A model generated the notes under the pieces. It searched no databases, was not told the DNA's origin, and worked only from the letters and a program-made list of their open reading frames with translations. From NCBI GenBank assembly GCA_010909165.1, contig MU008153.1:1-64000 (forward strand): a stretch of 64,000 bases of DNA. The letters run 5' to 3'. Within the stretch, counting starts at the first letter, position 1, and every line of letters begins with the position of its first letter. Shown here one piece after another: positions 60,986-64,000 of this stretch. Position numbers and translations under genes: made by a program. Source of the stretch: Anthoceros angustus. Lineage: Eukaryota; Plantae; Anthocerotophyta.

Positions 60986-62454
60986 TGTATTTCCATCTAT
61001 ATGTGATGTCATACATCAACCAAAGGGGGAAATGGTAACTTTGGGGGATGGATATTGGATGTTAGAGAAGCTGGATACACATTTCAATGAGCACACTACT
61101 ATCACGTTTGGTCCATTGCTAACACATGACAGTGATCCTAGATAAAAAGGGGAGTGACTTTGCTATGTTCTCTGAAATTGTTTTGCACTTGCTGGATTTG
61201 TAGATTGCACATAAGGAATTTGGTTGGCATGATTGCTTTATTGTTGCTGTGATATGAGATCCGAAGCATAGGAAGTTGCTGCCTAATATTTCACTAGCTA
61301 GTAGATTGAAAGGTGAGCCGGTTATGAAGCAGTTGGCACCTAATACTAGAGAAGCTCATTGTGCTATGTTGCAGTTCAATCACTATCGGGTTAGACCAGG
61401 TATGTTATGCATTGATGAGGAGATGCATTTACAAGAAGAATTAATGCATAACAATGTGGAATGGTGAGAAGCGCATGGAGAGGAATGTCTACAACTTGTA
61501 GATATAATAACGAAGTTGTGGAACATTCCTCCAATTACAACAAGTGGGGAAAGAAAACTGGAGCACATGGAAACATGTCTGGCATGATAATAGAGCAAGA
61601 ACTATGGTGGACGCAGTTAGTATGCTTATTTATCTCTATTATAATAGTAGAAGGTTAAAACGGTAAAATGCTACTATTGAAGTAACAAATTGGAAGGATT
61701 GTATGGCGAGCAAGTTTAGAAAGTCTTGAACCCTTACAAAAAGTGGCATGGAAGATGTCCGCCAAGGTAAAATGGAGGGCAATGGAGAAGGGGAGATTGC
61801 GTCTTAAGAGGAGAATGGAAACAATAATGAAGAAGGAATCTACCACTATTTTGAGCTTATAAGTTATTTTCATGCATGTTTACTTGAAATTATAATATAT
61901 TAAATATAAATTACATATTAGTAGTAGTTTTGTATGTTTACTTGAAATCATAGTATTTTACGATTATTTTATATATTTTACATATATATTACGTAGATTC
62001 TGCAAATTATATGTATTGCGTAAATTACGTATGCCATATAATTTTATCAATTTTACAAGTGTAAACTTACAATTTGGTGTACTTCAAGTGTTATAAAAAA
62101 ATACCCTTATGAACCCCCATCGGGGGTATCAGTAACGATATCGTAATTTAAGAAGGTAATATAAGATATAGAATAGACAAGTCGTAAAGCCACAAGCCTG
62201 GCAATGTACTCACGATGATGGCCACAATTTTCATACATCGTTTCTTCTACTTCTTCGGATCCCATGGTCTGTTCTCTTCAAAAATCATAGCGATTTCTCC
62301 CATCAACGGTGATAAGAAACATTCAGCCCATTGGCTACAGCCTACCAATACCGTTCAAAATCAATGTGATGATACAAGAATTTATTCTAGTAACATGCAA
62401 TGAATTCACCCTCATACATGGCACGGGATTATACCCAAATGGCCTAGGCCAAAT

Positions 62455-62830
62455 GGACACACATTTATAAGAACGCCGTGATTAAGCATCCTCAGCTTGG
62501 ATAGGTACTTAGATGGGGTGCCTAAAGGGAGTGGATGCCCTTGGTGCAAGTAGCTTAGGCACGGCCAAATGCACACACATTTATAAGAACGCTGTGATTA
62601 AGCATCCTGAACTTGGATCGGTACTTAGATAGGGTGCCTAAAGGGAGTGGATGCTCTTGGTGCAAGTTGCTTAGGCACACCATGGTACAAGTTGTTAAGT
62701 ACCAAGTCCCACGATGGAAATCCCAAGTCCCACGATGGAAATCCGTCCTTAGAGGACTTAAACAAAATTCTTCTTCTTCTTCCATCGTCTGAACAGGGTT
62801 TCGATCCTTCGGCTTGGAGGACTGCAAAAT
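62455..62830. repeat. Dispersed repeat (inverted homologue of 1790-2030) with an internal ~117-bp tandem duplication
   Basis: GATTAAGCATCCT...GGTGCCTAAAGGGAGTGGATGC.CTTGGTGCAAG occurs twice. Confidence 0.8.
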
Positions 62831-63277
62831 AAGTGTCCACCATTCCACTAGTCGTCATGAGGTAAATGAAACTATCTAACATTCAGTTCATAAGGTCCGG
62901 ATTCACCAGCTCCATGACCGTTGTCCAATATTACCTCCATGATTGTTAGAATCCAGTATCACCTCCATGTCCAGGATAACCTGCATGATCATCGGGACCC
63001 ACAATCACCTCCGTGGCCTTATGATTAATCCATTGATTGGTATTAAGGCATTGAAGATTCCAGTACCATCCTAAGACTTGGTATCGAGGCAAGACAATCG
63101 AGAATTGGGACTATCACCATAAGACTTGGTATCAAGACAACTCGCACTGAGTATCTCCAGAAGAACAAAGCCTGCTTCACGATGATGAGAATTAACACAA
63201 CCATCAAAGCATACTAAACTAGTATCATTTAAAGAAATGACAAGATGATGTTCTAAGTCCTGGATGTTCTTTCCGCA

Positions 63278-64000
63278 TCAGTAGACTTCCAGCTGCTTTA
63301 AAGTGGCATATATACTTTTACTGTCAGGATGCTTCTTATCACCAACCAAGAACGTATGCACCAACCCATCCATGTCTGTCCACCAGCTCTGTCCAGGCTG
63401 CTTCCAAGCCCCGCTTCCTATTCTCCTTGCCTGCATCTCCTGTGCCTCCTCCCTCATCTGGGCTTCAGTATATATGTTTGACATCAACACATAGGCTGCA
63501 GCATCTTTCTTGTCGAGCTTGACTGCTTCGTCAAAGACATGGCGTCCCACCTCCACGTTGTTCCACTTTCGACAAGCACCCAACAGAGTGTGCCATACTG
63601 CAGCATTGGGCTGTACAGGCATTGTTCTTACCAAAGTTAGTGACTCGTGTAGTTGGCCTGCACGACCCAGGAGGTCGACCATGCATGTGTAGTGCTCCAC
63701 TGTAGGAGTGATGCCATAGTCCTTGCTCATAGCCTCAAAGTACTCTTGCCCCTTGTCCACTAGACCCGCATGACTGCAAACTGTCAGTACACTAAGGAAC
63801 GTGATGCCGACTGGCTGTACTCCATCCTGTGTCATTCTATGAAACAGGTCGAACACCAGTTGACTCTCTCCTTGACGTGTGTAGCCTGCAATTAATGCAT
63901 CCCACGCAACGTCGTCCCTGTGGGGCAATGCCTCAAACACCTGCTGTGCCTCAGCCATGTTCCCAGATTTCCCGTACATGTTTATCAAACTGCATGCTAC
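63278..64000 (-). CDS. PLS-class PPR protein, C-terminal part (P2-L2-S2, E1-E2, E+ with PG box, no deaminase core); begins outside the window
   Basis: FLSVLTVCSHAGLVDKG, EHYTCMVDLLGRAG, VWHTLLGACR, WKQPGQSWW...HTFLVGDKKHP; stop before any HxE or CxxC. Confidence 0.92.
   Translation of the reverse strand, partial: VACSLINMYGKSGNMAEAQQVFEALPHRDDVAWDALIAGYTRQGESQLVFDLFHRMTQDGVQPVGITFLSVLTVCSHAGLVDKGQEYFEAMSKDYGITPTVEHYTCMVDLLGRAGQLHESLTLVRTMPVQPNAAVWHTLLGACRKWNNVEVGRHVFDEAVKLDKKDAAAYVLMSNIYTEAQMREEAQEMQARRIGSGAWKQPGQSWWTDMDGLVHTFLVGDKKHPDSKSIYATLKQLEVY

Overview
Nuclear genomic DNA of a non-seed land plant. The DYW:KP-type PPR editing factor, short GT-AG introns of about 90 bp and high gene density point to a hornwort, with a lycophyte or fern possible (inference). 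Layout: (1) 1-18.5 kb is a compact housekeeping block. It holds TOM1/THH1 (partial), a TSD-flanked Ty1-copia, a DUF1764 gene, AP-3 sigma with an intronless ADP-ribose/CDP-alcohol diphosphatase nested in its fifth intron, gluconokinase, LIP2/LipB and a long PLS-E-DYW:KP PPR gene carrying a 609-nt internal duplication. (2) 18.5-35 kb is a rearranged mosaic. Three copies of an unrecognised secreted Cys-containing protein of about 196 aa each lie downstream of a polyphenol oxidase (PPO) 3' remnant and a conserved linker. They are mixed with PPR, TRM5 and ELP6 fragments, two TIR elements and an intact tRNA-iMet. (3) 35-43.5 kb has three signal-peptide-bearing short PPOs that lack the C-terminal shielding domain, the thioether Cys and the Phe gatekeeper. 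(4) 43.5-48 kb is an inverted duplication of a J-domain gene. (5) 48-63 kb is retrotransposon debris, followed by the 3' end of a PLS-E+ PPR gene. Many frameshifts in repeats sit at or next to CpG and may be long-read consensus errors. The best candidate for an undescribed system is the short secreted PPO plus orphan secreted partner cassette.
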